From Candidatus Saccharimonadales bacterium (GTDB taxonomy: Bacteria; Patescibacteriota; Saccharimonadia; Saccharimonadales; EFPC-124), in assembly GCA_035457485.1 (NCBI GenBank), contig DATIBO010000006.1:626659-690658 (forward strand): 64,000 bases of DNA, read 5' to 3'. Numbering within the stretch: position 1 is the stretch's first letter; each line of letters opens with the position of its first letter. A model generated the notes under the pieces. That model did not search any database. It worked only from the letters and a program-made list of their open reading frames with translations, and was not told the DNA's origin. Position numbers and translations under genes: made by a program. Shown one piece after another: positions 16,883 to 27,508 of this stretch.

Positions 16883-17890
16883 ATGAACCAAGAAGCCCTA
16901 AACAAAATCGATGATCATATTAAAAACTCGACCAGCGTGTTGGTTATTCAAGCTGAAAATCCAGACGGAGACAGTTTAGGCAGCTCACTTGCCCTAGAGG
17001 GAATCCTGAGCGAAATGGGCAAAAAAGTCCAAATGTACTGCCCAGTAGAAATTCCAAAGTATCTACGTTATGCAACTGGTTGGGACAGGGTAGTTAGCGA
17101 CTTTCCAACAAACTTTGACCTTAGCATAATCGTTGATACTAGCAGTGCAACCTTGCTTGAGCGCGCAATTGTCCCCGAAAATCTCGCGCAACTTACTAAA
17201 CATCCGATAGTTGTAATCGATCATCACCTGACTGAGAGTGATCTACCGTTTGACTTTACCGAAGTCAACAACTCTAAAGCTGTAGCTACTAGCGAAATTA
17301 TTTTTGACCTAGCCGAAAAGCTAAGCTGGCCGCTGCCATCTGATGCGTGCGAAAGTATGTTGGTCTCAATTATGTCTGATTCACTCGGCTTAGCCAGCGA
17401 AGGCACTACGGCGAATAGCGTTTTTACAGTTGCGAAGCTAATGGAAAAGGGCGCAAAGATCAGCGACATAGAAAACCGGCGTCGTGACTTTATGAAAAAG
17501 TCCCCAGAGATTTTAGAATACAAAGGCAAACTGATCCAACGGATTGAATACCACGCGAACGGCGCTCTGGCCTTGGTTCATATTCCATGGGACGAAATTG
17601 AAGAGTACAGCGATCAGTATAATCCATCTGTTTTGGTTTTAGACGAAATGAGATTAGTTGAAGGCGTGCGTTTGGCTGTGGCATTCAAAAGCTATCCTGA
17701 CGGTAAGATAACTGGTAAGCTTCGAGCAAATGCCGATGCCAAAATCGCCGAAACCGTAGCCAAATTTTTTGGTGGCGGTGGTCATCCTTATGCGGCCGGC
17801 TTTAGGGTTTACGGTAATTACGAAGAGATTAAAATTGAGCTAATTGGCGCAGTAGACAAGGCCTTAAAGGATCACGATGCCAACAAATAA
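16883..17890 (+). CDS. DHH-family phosphoesterase (NrnA-like oligoribonuclease/pAp phosphatase)
   Basis: ..NPDGDSLGSS.., ..VVIDHH.., ..GGGGHPYAAGF... ATG 16883 lies 7 nt after TGTTAGAAT. The 111-codon upstream extension in the ORF track is rejected. Confidence 0.8.
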   Translation: MNQEALNKIDDHIKNSTSVLVIQAENPDGDSLGSSLALEGILSEMGKKVQMYCPVEIPKYLRYATGWDRVVSDFPTNFDLSIIVDTSSATLLERAIVPENLAQLTKHPIVVIDHHLTESDLPFDFTEVNNSKAVATSEIIFDLAEKLSWPLPSDACESMLVSIMSDSLGLASEGTTANSVFTVAKLMEKGAKISDIENRRRDFMKKSPEILEYKGKLIQRIEYHANGALALVHIPWDEIEEYSDQYNPSVLVLDEMRLVEGVRLAVAFKSYPDGKITGKLRANADAKIAETVAKFFGGGGHPYAAGFRVYGNYEEIKIELIGAVDKALKDHDANK

Positions 17891-17951
17891 TCACTCGATG
17901 TCTAGGTGTTGCGTTGCTCAAATACTCTATAATTAATTTAAAGAGGTTAAG

Positions 17952-19355
17952 ATGCAACTTTATAACACACTCACAAAAAAACTCGAAGAATTTACTCCAC
18001 AAAGCCCCGAACAGGTTAGTTTATATACTTGTGGACCGACCGTTTACGATTATCCACAGATAGGCAACTGGATTGCTTACGTTCGATGGGACACGTTGCA
18101 GCGCGTACTAAAAGAAAACGGCTACAAAATTAACTGGGTAATGAATATCACCGATGTTGGCCACTTAGTTAGCGATGCCGACGAAGGCGAGGACAAACTA
18201 GAAAAAGGCGCTCGACGTGAAGGTAAGACCGCGTGGCAGATAGCTAAGTTCTACACCGAAGACTTTGAAAAAGGACTAAAAGAACTAAATATCGAGCAGC
18301 CAACTCACCTAGAGCCGGCAACAAGACATATTCAAGCTCAAATTGATCTCGTAAAGGCGCTACAAGAAAAGGGCTACACTTACGCGATTGATGATGGTGT
18401 ATATTTTGACACGAGCAAAGTTAACGATTATGGCAAACTAGCCCGACTAAACTTAGACAGCTTAAAAGAGGGGGCTCGCGTAGAGGCCAACCCGCAAAAG
18501 CGCCAACCTTCGGACTTTGCATTATGGAAGTTCACTCCAGAAGGCGTGAAGCGTGACATGGAATGGGATAGTCCTTGGGGGAAAGGGTTTCCGGGCTGGC
18601 ATATTGAATGCTCGGCAATTGCTATGGAATTTTTGGGTGACACTTTAGATATTCACGCTGGCGGAATAGATCATATTCCCGTTCATCACACAAACGAGAT
18701 CGCACAGTCCGAAGCCGCAACCGGCAAACCTTTTGCTAAATATTGGCTACACGGCAGTTTTTTAAATATTGATGGATCGAAAATATCCAAAAGCTTGGGC
18801 AATAGTATCACTCTGCAAGACATTATCCGACAAGGTTTTAGTCCGTTAGATCTTAGGATGCTTTACTTGCAGAGCCACTATCGCACTCACTCTAACTTTA
18901 CTTTGGGCGGACTAAAGGCAGCTCAACAACGCCGATTAGGCCTGCAAGCTTTTGCAGATCTGCGTTATCAACTTAAGGATGGCGGCAGCGTACAGGCGGC
19001 CGACTTTGATCAAGTAAGGCAGGTTGTGCTAGAGGAACTGAGCGACGATCTCCATACGCCGCAAGCCCTCGCGGCTTTGAGCGATCTACAAAATGGTGCA
19101 GACACGGGTCTTATTGATCCAAGCGCAGCAGAAAGTTTTGTTGATTTTTTGAAGTTTCTAGATCGTGTACTTGGGTTGAATCTGCTTGAAAGTGAAGACA
19201 TAACTGATGAGCAAAAACGGTTAATTAAAGATCGTGAACAAGCTAGAGCAAACAGAGATTTTGCTTCGAGTGATAAGTTGCGCGATAAACTCGAGAACCA
19301 GAACCTGACTGTTCGAGATACGCCGATGGGATCAATCTGGCAACGGGCTAGTTAG
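17952..19355 (+). CDS. cysS: Cysteine--tRNA ligase
   Basis: ..CGPTVYDY.., ..WHIECS.., ..KISKS.. (KMSKS-type). Confidence 0.9.
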   Translation: MQLYNTLTKKLEEFTPQSPEQVSLYTCGPTVYDYPQIGNWIAYVRWDTLQRVLKENGYKINWVMNITDVGHLVSDADEGEDKLEKGARREGKTAWQIAKFYTEDFEKGLKELNIEQPTHLEPATRHIQAQIDLVKALQEKGYTYAIDDGVYFDTSKVNDYGKLARLNLDSLKEGARVEANPQKRQPSDFALWKFTPEGVKRDMEWDSPWGKGFPGWHIECSAIAMEFLGDTLDIHAGGIDHIPVHHTNEIAQSEAATGKPFAKYWLHGSFLNIDGSKISKSLGNSITLQDIIRQGFSPLDLRMLYLQSHYRTHSNFTLGGLKAAQQRRLGLQAFADLRYQLKDGGSVQAADFDQVRQVVLEELSDDLHTPQALAALSDLQNGADTGLIDPSAAESFVDFLKFLDRVLGLNLLESEDITDEQKRLIKDREQARANRDFASSDKLRDKLENQNLTVRDTPMGSIWQRAS

Positions 19356-20544
19356 TAACCGGAAAGTAGCCGTCCTTTGCGGCCTCAGCGGCAGTGCAAT
19401 AGTAGCCTAAGTCACGGATCTGCGGCCCCTTATAATTCGCATTATCGGGAGTAATAAAAACTGGAGAAGAGTTACTTACCGTTGCAATTACCGGCAGACC
19501 GTCACACTCACTGATAGTTAATGCAAATGCACTGCCCCGACCAAAGATTGTATCGGGATCAGAAAGGTAACTCTTGGGGGTTTCAGCTTTGTTCACATCC
19601 GAGATTGTGATCTTAAAGATAAACTCATATTCTTCAGAAGGTGAAGCCGGAGCAGCAAACATTTTAAACGTAGCGCCGTCTGCACTTTCTTCCGTCACCT
19701 CAAATATCAGCTGAGTGCCAGCGAGATTCGCGTTATCAACGTTACTGGTTAAAATTTTGTCCAAGAACTCGTAGCAAGCTGGCGATTGGGTTTTAACTGC
19801 CAAATTTTTAAAGAGTTCGGTTGTATCCAAACTCCATTGATACGATTGGTATTTTTCATTGTAAACATAATTTGGTTTTAAGGTATTCAAATAGTTACCA
19901 GCTTTGCCGTAATAATTGTTAAGGTCCGCCTGGCAACCAACAAACTCTGGGGATTTCGTTGGTTCGCCGAGCTCAGTTAGTAGATCTTCTAAAAAATCTA
20001 AAACATTTTTGTCCATACCGTAACCTATCTGGTTGATTAAACCAAGGGTGTTGACTTGATATTCATTACCTGTATAGATTGGCGCGTGATTTGGAGCGAT
20101 TTCATCCAGCTGAGCTACAGAACTCTCTACCTCCTGAGCATTAACGTCAGCAACGGTGTAGAACTGACCTGAGGTGGTTTTTATAAAACTACCTTTTACA
20201 GTTGGTAAACCATGCCCACCCATAACTTCAAATCGTCCATTTTTCCAACTTTCACTGCCCTTAATCATACTAATGACAGATGGGGAGTATTCTTGAACAG
20301 CTGTCGCAGAAGGCTCGGCAGGTTTCATTATTTTAGATATAAAAAAGTAGGCAAGCACTCCAAGTAAAGCCACAATCAAAGCTACAGCCAATATAATTAG
20401 CCACGTTTTTCGTTTCTTTGGCTGATCAGATTTAGACTGACTCTGCGATACATCATTAATAATGGGCTGGTCAGGCATAGGGCCAAATCTTGGTGGCGGT
20501 GCCTGGCTAGGGGAATCCTGGTCGTTAAACTGCTGCGGAGGCAT
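19348..20544 (-). CDS. Membrane-anchored extracytoplasmic protein, unknown function
   Basis: Pro/Gln-rich N-terminus, one TM (..WLIILAVALIVALLGVLAYFFI..) and a large external domain ending ..YYCTAAEAAKDGYFPV. Overlaps the cysS 3' end by 8 nt (convergent). Confidence 0.6.
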   Translation of the reverse strand: MPPQQFNDQDSPSQAPPPRFGPMPDQPIINDVSQSQSKSDQPKKRKTWLIILAVALIVALLGVLAYFFISKIMKPAEPSATAVQEYSPSVISMIKGSESWKNGRFEVMGGHGLPTVKGSFIKTTSGQFYTVADVNAQEVESSVAQLDEIAPNHAPIYTGNEYQVNTLGLINQIGYGMDKNVLDFLEDLLTELGEPTKSPEFVGCQADLNNYYGKAGNYLNTLKPNYVYNEKYQSYQWSLDTTELFKNLAVKTQSPACYEFLDKILTSNVDNANLAGTQLIFEVTEESADGATFKMFAAPASPSEEYEFIFKITISDVNKAETPKSYLSDPDTIFGRGSAFALTISECDGLPVIATVSNSSPVFITPDNANYKGPQIRDLGYYCTAAEAAKDGYFPVTN

Positions 20545-20552
20545 ACAGCTCC

Positions 20553-21665
20553 TTAGTCTTTAAGTTTGAAATCCTCGGAAGAAATGGCGGCTTTATGTTT
20601 GTGTTTTAGGTAATGCAAAACTAAAATTCGTAAACAGCCTGCAAGCGGAATCGCCAGAATACCACCGAGTGGGCCAAGCAATGCAAATCCTAGGATAACC
20701 GCGACAAACACCCCAAGAGCACTTAAAGCGACTGTGCGCGACTGCACGATCGGCTGAATAAAGTTGTTCTCGATCTGCTGATAGACTACAAAGTAAACTA
20801 AAAAGCTGACAGCTGCACCCACGCTACCATTTAGAAGCAGGACAAGCAGAATGATGATTGATCCAACAGTGGCGCCAATCATCGGAATAAGACTCGTCAT
20901 GAACACCACGCCGGCCATCGGTAATGCGATTCCAGGCGACAAACCAAAGACTGTGACAATAATCACCAAAGCAACCAGCGAGAATACCCCGCTTATAAAC
21001 GCCACCAGGACCTGACCATTAACGTAACTGCCTACAACTTTGTACATGCTAGCAATAACTTCTTTGTGCATGGCAAGTTTTTGTTTGTCTACATAGAGAG
21101 ACCACGCTCGTTCAGCCCAGCGTGGAGCTTCGATTAACATCAAAAACGTAAGAACTAAAACTGTTACAAAAAGAGCTAAGCCACCAAATATACTGGTTAC
21201 CCCGGTTATAACCGAAACACCCAAACCGCCTGCTACGTTAAACACCTGACCTTTTAGGTTTTGCGCCAAGCTCGCAAGTTCATCCTGAAGCTCATACCTG
21301 GCTATGAGTTCGGCTACAGGACCTTGGTTTTGACTAATTGCCGAGACGTAGTTTGGCAAACTAGAAATAAAATTAGTCGTTTGCTCGATCATGGGTGGCA
21401 AAACGATATAAAAGAACAGCGAAATTATTCCAAGGAGCACCAAAAATACGATTGCAGTAGCATAAATTCGATTTTGTTTTGGCATGTATCTACTAAGGGC
21501 GTGCACAGATGGGTTAAGCGCCAACATCAGGACAAACGCAACTAAAATAATGGTTAATGCAGGTAGCAATTTGTATAGCAAAAACAGCCCCAATAAAAAG
21601 CCGGTAGCAATTACTAAAAAGCGAATAAAGGTAAGGTTGTCGATTTCAAGTTTAAGCTGCTTCAT
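20553..21665 (-). CDS. AI-2E family transporter (PerM-like)
   Basis: 370 aa, about 8 TM. C-terminal ..GPLGGILAIPLAG.. is typical of the family. Confidence 0.7.
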   Translation of the reverse strand: MKQLKLEIDNLTFIRFLVIATGFLLGLFLLYKLLPALTIILVAFVLMLALNPSVHALSRYMPKQNRIYATAIVFLVLLGIISLFFYIVLPPMIEQTTNFISSLPNYVSAISQNQGPVAELIARYELQDELASLAQNLKGQVFNVAGGLGVSVITGVTSIFGGLALFVTVLVLTFLMLIEAPRWAERAWSLYVDKQKLAMHKEVIASMYKVVGSYVNGQVLVAFISGVFSLVALVIIVTVFGLSPGIALPMAGVVFMTSLIPMIGATVGSIIILLVLLLNGSVGAAVSFLVYFVVYQQIENNFIQPIVQSRTVALSALGVFVAVILGFALLGPLGGILAIPLAGCLRILVLHYLKHKHKAAISSEDFKLKD

Positions 21666-21683
21666 ATCTTTATTATGACGGTA

Positions 21684-22280
21684 TTACTGCTGATTAACAA
21701 GCTCGGCGGACTGCTGTTTTAAAGATTTTTTAACAAAATAAAGTGCGAAACACATTACCCAAATCTGGACAGAAAAAACTGCGACTCTTTGCAGTACCCC
21801 CTTAAAACCTGGGTTAAAAATCACCGCAGGCAGGATACTTAAAAAAGTCACAAAGATTATGCCTAAACTAAAAAACTTCCATTTTTGAGATTTTATAAAC
21901 TTTAAAGATAAAATTATTAAGCCAAATAACGATATAAAAAGTGCGCCAGCAAAAAGTCTATGTAACATACCCGGCCAGAATTCTGTGCTAGTAGGGAAGA
22001 GTGCCGTTGCTACACCAGTTACGCCGGCCAAAAGTGTTACCATGCCAAGTCGTCTGTGCTTTGCGATTAAAGCTAGAGCAAAAATAATCACCAAAGCACT
22101 ACTTACTGTTTCGTTGAGTCGCTCCATCCATCCGTGGCTGCCAACTGTCATAAAGCTAATAAAGTCGCTACTGGCGCTATAACCGGGGATTGCTTGCCCA
22201 ATTATCAAGCAGGCCGTCATGAAAATGATTGGCCCGACAATTCCGCAACAAAGTAAAATAAAATTAGTATTAGTTTGCAT
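21684..22280 (-). CDS. Polytopic membrane protein (DUF998-like?)
   Basis: 198 aa, about 6 hydrophobic segments. The family guess is weak. Confidence 0.45.
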   Translation of the reverse strand: MQTNTNFILLCCGIVGPIIFMTACLIIGQAIPGYSASSDFISFMTVGSHGWMERLNETVSSALVIIFALALIAKHRRLGMVTLLAGVTGVATALFPTSTEFWPGMLHRLFAGALFISLFGLIILSLKFIKSQKWKFFSLGIIFVTFLSILPAVIFNPGFKGVLQRVAVFSVQIWVMCFALYFVKKSLKQQSAELVNQQ

Positions 22281-22321
22281 AGCCCTTATGCTATATTAAT
22301 TATATAAACAAGGATTTTACA

Positions 22322-22585
22322 ATGGAACCCGAAAATAAGCCAGATTCAAACACTCAGCCAACAACACCTCCGCCAGCGACACCGCCAACCGATCCAACTC
22401 CAGTTGAACCGCCCGTAACCCCTGTTGGACCAATGCCAATGTCGACAGGCAGTTCTAATACCCCGCTAAATCCAGATACAGCAACCGTTGGAACAGGCAA
22501 AAAATCGTCGGTCATGGTTTGGCTGTTGATAATCTTGGTTTTGGCGATTGCAGGCTTTTTGGTGTATTGGTTCCTTCTTCGATAG
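22322..22585 (+). CDS. Small Pro/Thr-rich protein with C-terminal TM anchor
   Basis: ..PTTPPPATPPTDPTPVEPPVTPVGP.. followed by ..VMVWLLIILVLAIAGFLVYWFLL... Confidence 0.45.
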   Translation: MEPENKPDSNTQPTTPPPATPPTDPTPVEPPVTPVGPMPMSTGSSNTPLNPDTATVGTGKKSSVMVWLLIILVLAIAGFLVYWFLLR

Positions 22586-22602
22586 GTGATAACATAGCCT
22601 AA

Positions 22603-23280
22603 ATGAGGCTAAAATTCGTTCACAAAAAATCTGAGACTAAGCGGGTTTATTCTTACTTTTTTGAGCCTGATACCCAGCAAGATTGGATCGCAGGACAATC
22701 TATTAAGTTAGAATTTCCACAAATCTTAGACTCCACAGAACGACGTTTTACGATATCCTCGGCGCCTAGCGAAGAGTCTATTCGAATAACTACAGCAAGC
22801 AGCGGTAGCGATTTTAAAAATGAGCTTCACAAATTAGATGCCGGCGACCAAGTTATCGCCAATAGCATAAACGGTGATTTTATTTGGCGCGAGACCAGTT
22901 TGCATACAGTGTTTTTAGCGGCCGGGATCGGCGTAACCCCATATCGAGCAATCCTAGCTGACCGTGTTTTAAGTGGTAAACAAATCCCATCAACCTTAAT
23001 ATATGCCAACCGCGACCCTGAGGAACTGGTTTTTAAACAAGAATTTGACGAGTGGCAAAGTTTGCACCCAGAATTCAAAGTTATCTACCAAATAGAAAAG
23101 CGACTCGATCTAGGATTTATCAGCCAACACTGCGACATGGCAAACAGCTTATTTTACGTTTCTGGCCCCGGAGGGATGGTAGACGACATTGTTGACGGTC
23201 TAAAATCGCACGGTATAACAGATGAGAACATCATAAAAGATTGGTTTGTGGGGTTGGACAGTAAATATCCTGTACATTGA
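22603..23280 (+). CDS. Ferredoxin-reductase-type FAD/NAD(P)-binding oxidoreductase
   Basis: ..RRFTISS.. (RxYS-like FAD motif) and ..AAGIGVTP.. (NAD motif). Confidence 0.6.
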   Translation: MRLKFVHKKSETKRVYSYFFEPDTQQDWIAGQSIKLEFPQILDSTERRFTISSAPSEESIRITTASSGSDFKNELHKLDAGDQVIANSINGDFIWRETSLHTVFLAAGIGVTPYRAILADRVLSGKQIPSTLIYANRDPEELVFKQEFDEWQSLHPEFKVIYQIEKRLDLGFISQHCDMANSLFYVSGPGGMVDDIVDGLKSHGITDENIIKDWFVGLDSKYPVH

Positions 23281-23403
23281 CCTTGGTCTATTTTTGTGCT
23301 AATATAGCAGTATTGTTTTAATGAATCCGGGTTAGTTGACCTTTTTACTCGATTTCATTGCAGCAATCGAAGTAAACAACTAAAACAATAAGGATTCATT
23401 TTA

Positions 23404-24633
23404 ATGTCTTATTTTAATTCTGGCCGAAGCCGTTTTAACGGTGGCCGCAGTAAATTTGGTGGTAATAGTGGTGGCCCGCGCCGTGGTGGTTATAGCCAAG
23501 GTGGCGGTCGTCGCAATGGCGCCAACAAACAATATATCGACCCAAGCAGGTTTATTAAAGCTGCTAAACAAGTCGAGGAAGAAGTTTATGTTCCAAAGCA
23601 CAGCTTTGCAGACTTTAATATTAACCCATTGATCAAAAAGAATATTGAGATCAAGGGTTTTACAACTCCTTCGAAAATTCAAGATCAGGCAATTCCGTTC
23701 GGCCTTGATGGCAAAGACGTTATTGGTATTGCTAACACTGGTACGGGTAAGACCACCGCTTTTGCGTTGCCTGTTATCAACCAGCTTATGGAGTACCCGC
23801 AAGCTAAGGCCTTGATCTTGGCTCCAACTCGTGAGCTTGCTATGCAGATCGAGGAAGAATGCCGTTCATTCGCTAAAGGCAGTGGCCTACGTGGGGCTTT
23901 GGTTATTGGTGGTGCTCCTATGTACCGCCAGACTCGCGACTTGCAAAACAACCCTAATATCGTAATTGGTACGCCGGGTCGGCTAAAAGACCACTTTAAC
24001 CGCGGCAACATTGACCTTTCTAAGTTCACTATTGTGGTGCTAGATGAGGTTGACCGTATGGTTGATATGGGTTTCATCAACGACATACGTATGTTGCTTG
24101 GTGAGGTTTCTGAAGTTCGTCAGTCGTTGTTCTTTTCGGCAACTATGGATGCGAAAATCGAAAGCCTAATTAACACCTTTATGACAGAGCCCGTTAAGGT
24201 ATCGGTTCGTACAAGTGCAACAAGTGATAACGTCGAGCAAAACGTCGTGCATCACACTAAAAACGACAAGTTAGAAAAGCTTCACGACATCTTGAGCAAA
24301 GAGCATGTTTCTAAAACTTTGGTGTTTGACGAGACTCAACGCAACGTGGAAAAGCTAAGCCAAGAACTTTACAACCGTGGATTCAGTGTTGAGTCATTGC
24401 ACGGTGGTAAAAGTCAAGGTCAACGCCTGCGTGCACTAAAACGCTTTAAAAACAACGAAGTTACAGTGCTTGTTGCAACCGACGTCGCTGCTCGTGGTAT
24501 TGACGTAGCCGACATCACACACGTGATCAACTACACAACTCCAAACAGTTACGACGATTATACACACCGTGTTGGTCGTGCTGGACGCGCCGGTCGTAAG
24601 GGTTACGCGCTGACTTTTGTTGAAAAATACTAA
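23404..24633 (+). CDS. DEAD-box RNA helicase with N-terminal RGG-rich tail
   Basis: ..ANTGTGKT.., ..VLDEVDRM.. (DEVD variant), ..FSATM.., ..HRVGRAGRAG... Confidence 0.85.
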   Translation: MSYFNSGRSRFNGGRSKFGGNSGGPRRGGYSQGGGRRNGANKQYIDPSRFIKAAKQVEEEVYVPKHSFADFNINPLIKKNIEIKGFTTPSKIQDQAIPFGLDGKDVIGIANTGTGKTTAFALPVINQLMEYPQAKALILAPTRELAMQIEEECRSFAKGSGLRGALVIGGAPMYRQTRDLQNNPNIVIGTPGRLKDHFNRGNIDLSKFTIVVLDEVDRMVDMGFINDIRMLLGEVSEVRQSLFFSATMDAKIESLINTFMTEPVKVSVRTSATSDNVEQNVVHHTKNDKLEKLHDILSKEHVSKTLVFDETQRNVEKLSQELYNRGFSVESLHGGKSQGQRLRALKRFKNNEVTVLVATDVAARGIDVADITHVINYTTPNSYDDYTHRVGRAGRAGRKGYALTFVEKY

Positions 24634-24658
24634 TTCGCGCGCGCTGAAACCTCCAATT

Positions 24659-24689
24659 AAAAAGAGCCTCGACTGTTGAGGCTCTTTTT
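24659..24689. terminator. Bidirectional rho-independent terminator (helicase / typA)
   Basis: AAAAAGAGCCTC gactgtt GAGGCTCTTTTT. Confidence 0.8.
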
Positions 24690-24695
24690 AATGAG

Positions 24696-26522
24696 TTATC
24701 TAGGCTGCCGCTTACGCATGTTCGGGTTAAGCTCTCGCTTGCGTAGGCGTAGGTTTTTAGGGGTAACTTCTAGCAGCTCATCGTTTTCGATGAAATCTAG
24801 GCATTGTTCTAGGCTTAGTTTTGTGAACGGCGTTAACTGAACTACGCCGTCGGACGAACTGCTGCGCATGTTGGTAAGGTGTTTGGTTTTACAAACGTTA
24901 ACTTCTAGGTCGTCGCCACGGTTGTTAAGACCTACTATTTGACCAGCGTATACTTTTTCGCCAGCGCCAACGTAGAGTTCGCCACGGGCCTCGGCCATTT
25001 CTAGCGCGTATGGTGTAGTGGTACCGTTTTCGTAAGCGATTAACGCACCGTTGCGCAATTGCTGCAGCGGAGCACCAAGCGGCTGATAGCCTACCATAAG
25101 GCTATTCATAACGATCGTACCCTTGGTTTGAGTAATTAAAATGTTACGAAGGCCCAAAAGCGCGCGCGTAGGTAGTTCGTAAACAAGCTTAGTTACACCT
25201 TTTGAGCTAGAACTAAACTGTTCTTTTAACGCAGCGCGTCGAGCACCAAGCTCCATCTGCACAGAACCCACATGTTCAGCAGGAACCTCGATAATTAGTT
25301 CTTCTACAGGCTCAAGGGTTTGGCCGTTTTCTTCTTTTGTCACAACTTGTGGGCGACCAACTTCAAATTCAAAGCCTTCGCGGCGCATGGTTTCTATAAG
25401 GACACTCACATGTAGCTCACCACGCCCTGCCACCTTAAAGCCAATTCCTGCATCTGTTACACGCAAACCTACGTTAGTTTCGAGCTCTTTGTTTAAGCGC
25501 TCACCAATCTGACGACTTGTGTTGAATTGACCTTCTAGGCCCTTAAACGGACTGGTGTTTGGTCCAAGAAATACCTCTAGAGTAGGAGCTTCAACCTCTA
25601 TAATCGGCAGAGCCTCAGGCGCTACAGCATCGGCAACGGTCTCGCCAATCTGCACATTTGGCATACCGGTAAGCTGCACAATGTCTCCAGCAACGCCTTC
25701 CGGTACTTCAAAGCGACTAACACCATGGCTCATGAATACGAGTTCTACTTTGCCCTTAACTTGGCTGCCGTCTTTTTTACAAACCACAACCTGATCGCCA
25801 GATTTTACATGACCACGAGTGATACGGCCAATAGCGTATTTACCCTTGTAGGTGTCCCACGCCAGTGCCGTAACAAGCATCTGAAATGGCTTGTTGGCAT
25901 CGATGACTGGGGCTGGGATTTTCTCTATGACAGCATCGAAAATCGGTTCTAGATCAGCATCTTCGTCTGGATTGGCAGGCATGGCACTCCAAGATTTGCC
26001 GGCGCGACCGATAGCATAGTAGATAGGGTAGTGAAGCTGGTCTTCGTGTACCGCGAGTTCCAAAAACAGATCAGCAAGTTCGTCTTCAACTTCGGCAACA
26101 CGGCTGCCTGGCTTGTCGATTTTGTTGATGATAACAATTGGTTTTAGGCCGCTCGCTAGTGCCTTGCCAAGTACAAACTTAGTTTGTGGCATTGGACCTT
26201 CTTGGGCGTCAACAATAAGCAAACAGCCGTCGGCCATATTAAGCGTACGTTCAACCTCACCGCTAAAGTCAGCGTGCCCGGGAGTATCAATGATGTTAAT
26301 GCGATAATCACCATGCTGCACGGCTGTAACTTTTGCCGTAATTGTAATGCCGCGCTCGCGTTCTTGATCGCCGCTATCCATGATAAGCTCTTGGCTCATC
26401 TCGGCTTGGTTGTCGCGGAAAGTTTTAGATTGTTTAAGTAACCCATCTACCAAGGTTGTTTTACCGTGGTCAACGTGGGCAATAATAGCAATATTTCGAA
26501 TTTTCGATTGATCTTGAGCCAT
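24696..26522 (-). CDS. typA: Translational GTPase TypA/BipA
   Basis: ..[17 protein letters not shown].., ..DTPGHADF.., ..NKIDK... 608 aa. Confidence 0.9.
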   Translation of the reverse strand: MAQDQSKIRNIAIIAHVDHGKTTLVDGLLKQSKTFRDNQAEMSQELIMDSGDQERERGITITAKVTAVQHGDYRINIIDTPGHADFSGEVERTLNMADGCLLIVDAQEGPMPQTKFVLGKALASGLKPIVIINKIDKPGSRVAEVEDELADLFLELAVHEDQLHYPIYYAIGRAGKSWSAMPANPDEDADLEPIFDAVIEKIPAPVIDANKPFQMLVTALAWDTYKGKYAIGRITRGHVKSGDQVVVCKKDGSQVKGKVELVFMSHGVSRFEVPEGVAGDIVQLTGMPNVQIGETVADAVAPEALPIIEVEAPTLEVFLGPNTSPFKGLEGQFNTSRQIGERLNKELETNVGLRVTDAGIGFKVAGRGELHVSVLIETMRREGFEFEVGRPQVVTKEENGQTLEPVEELIIEVPAEHVGSVQMELGARRAALKEQFSSSSKGVTKLVYELPTRALLGLRNILITQTKGTIVMNSLMVGYQPLGAPLQQLRNGALIAYENGTTTPYALEMAEARGELYVGAGEKVYAGQIVGLNNRGDDLEVNVCKTKHLTNMRSSSSDGVVQLTPFTKLSLEQCLDFIENDELLEVTPKNLRLRKRELNPNMRKRQPR

Positions 26523-26624
26523 AAAAAACGCGCCTACCTTAGCGCCGAAAGTAATTTATAAAAATTATAACATACATCTGTTATTTTTACTAGCCCAAAT
26601 TGCTTATGCACAGTGATATTGTTG

Positions 26625-26653
26625 TTGACATGCCATATCAGTGTGAGTATATT
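26625..26653 (+). promoter_or_regulatory. Promoter placed for a leaderless transcript
   Basis: TTGACA, 17-nt spacer, TATATT, then 7 nt to ATG 26661. Confidence 0.5.
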
Positions 26654-26660
26654 GGATGGT

Positions 26661-27134
26661 ATGAGTAGTAGTACGAAGATTTCACGAGGAGCGGCGATTG
26701 AGATTTTAAAAGGTAAAGTTTTTGGCGAAAAGCCAACTACGGACACCGTCTATTTTGCTGACCTTATCACGCGGAATCATCGCGAAAATTTGTCTAAAGA
26801 TACAAACCGCAGCTGGACAAACAGTATTACACAAAAGCTGGTATACCATGAGTTCGTTACCAAAGTTTACGAAGATGCAGAAAACCCCAGAAGCAAGATT
26901 GTAGGCATAAAGTTGACGCAAAGAGGCAAAGCAGCCATAAGCGAATCGACAACACAGCAAATCCCTAATCCCTCGTCGTCAGGGCGCATAGTCAAAGATA
27001 AAGGCATTCTAAACATTGACGAAGCTGTTATAGCGATAGAGGAATGGCGCATTAAAAACCCTTGGGCAACGCGAATTGGACATGCGTCTGGCTGGGAAAT
27101 TATTTTCAACCAGAAAGGGGCAAGCGACCAGTGA
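26661..27134 (+). CDS. Hypothetical protein (157 aa)
   Basis: Start chosen at the ATG 7 nt after the -10. No family recognised. Confidence 0.5.
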   Translation: MSSSTKISRGAAIEILKGKVFGEKPTTDTVYFADLITRNHRENLSKDTNRSWTNSITQKLVYHEFVTKVYEDAENPRSKIVGIKLTQRGKAAISESTTQQIPNPSSSGRIVKDKGILNIDEAVIAIEEWRIKNPWATRIGHASGWEIIFNQKGASDQ

Positions 27135-27201
27135 TACTGATATCGTGCTGAGATCAGAGCATATAAGATATGCTGTGATCTCGGCGTGACGTCGAGTATA
27201 T

Positions 27202-27301
27202 GGAGGGGTACTCAAGTGGTTTACGAGGACAGACCGAGGATCTGTTAGAGAACAGCTTGCACAGCATACTCTCGAGGGTTCGAATCCCTCTCCCTCCGCC
27301 A
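27202..27301 (+). tRNA. Class-II (long variable arm) tRNA; my fold gives anticodon GAG (Leu), identity ambiguous
   Basis: Acceptor GGAGGGG/TCCCTCC, T-arm GAGGG-TTCGAAT-CCCTC, encoded G73-CCA. Anticodon arm ACAGA-CCGAGGA-TCTGT (C at position 33). About 28-nt variable region, 100 nt in total. Confidence 0.7.
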
Positions 27302-27508
27302 CTTTTCCTAACAAAAAAACGCCCTTACGGACGCTTTTTTGGCTTGCACAGCATACGAGCTTTTGGCTCGTTTAGCCGAATTGACGGCTATTACTACATT
27401 TTACCGCAGTGAATGCAATAATAACAGCTACTTCACAATTAATCAAAAATACTCGCTCGTGCCATAGACAATCTAAGCAACCTAGAGTAAACTCCGAGCA
27501 ACCCTATT

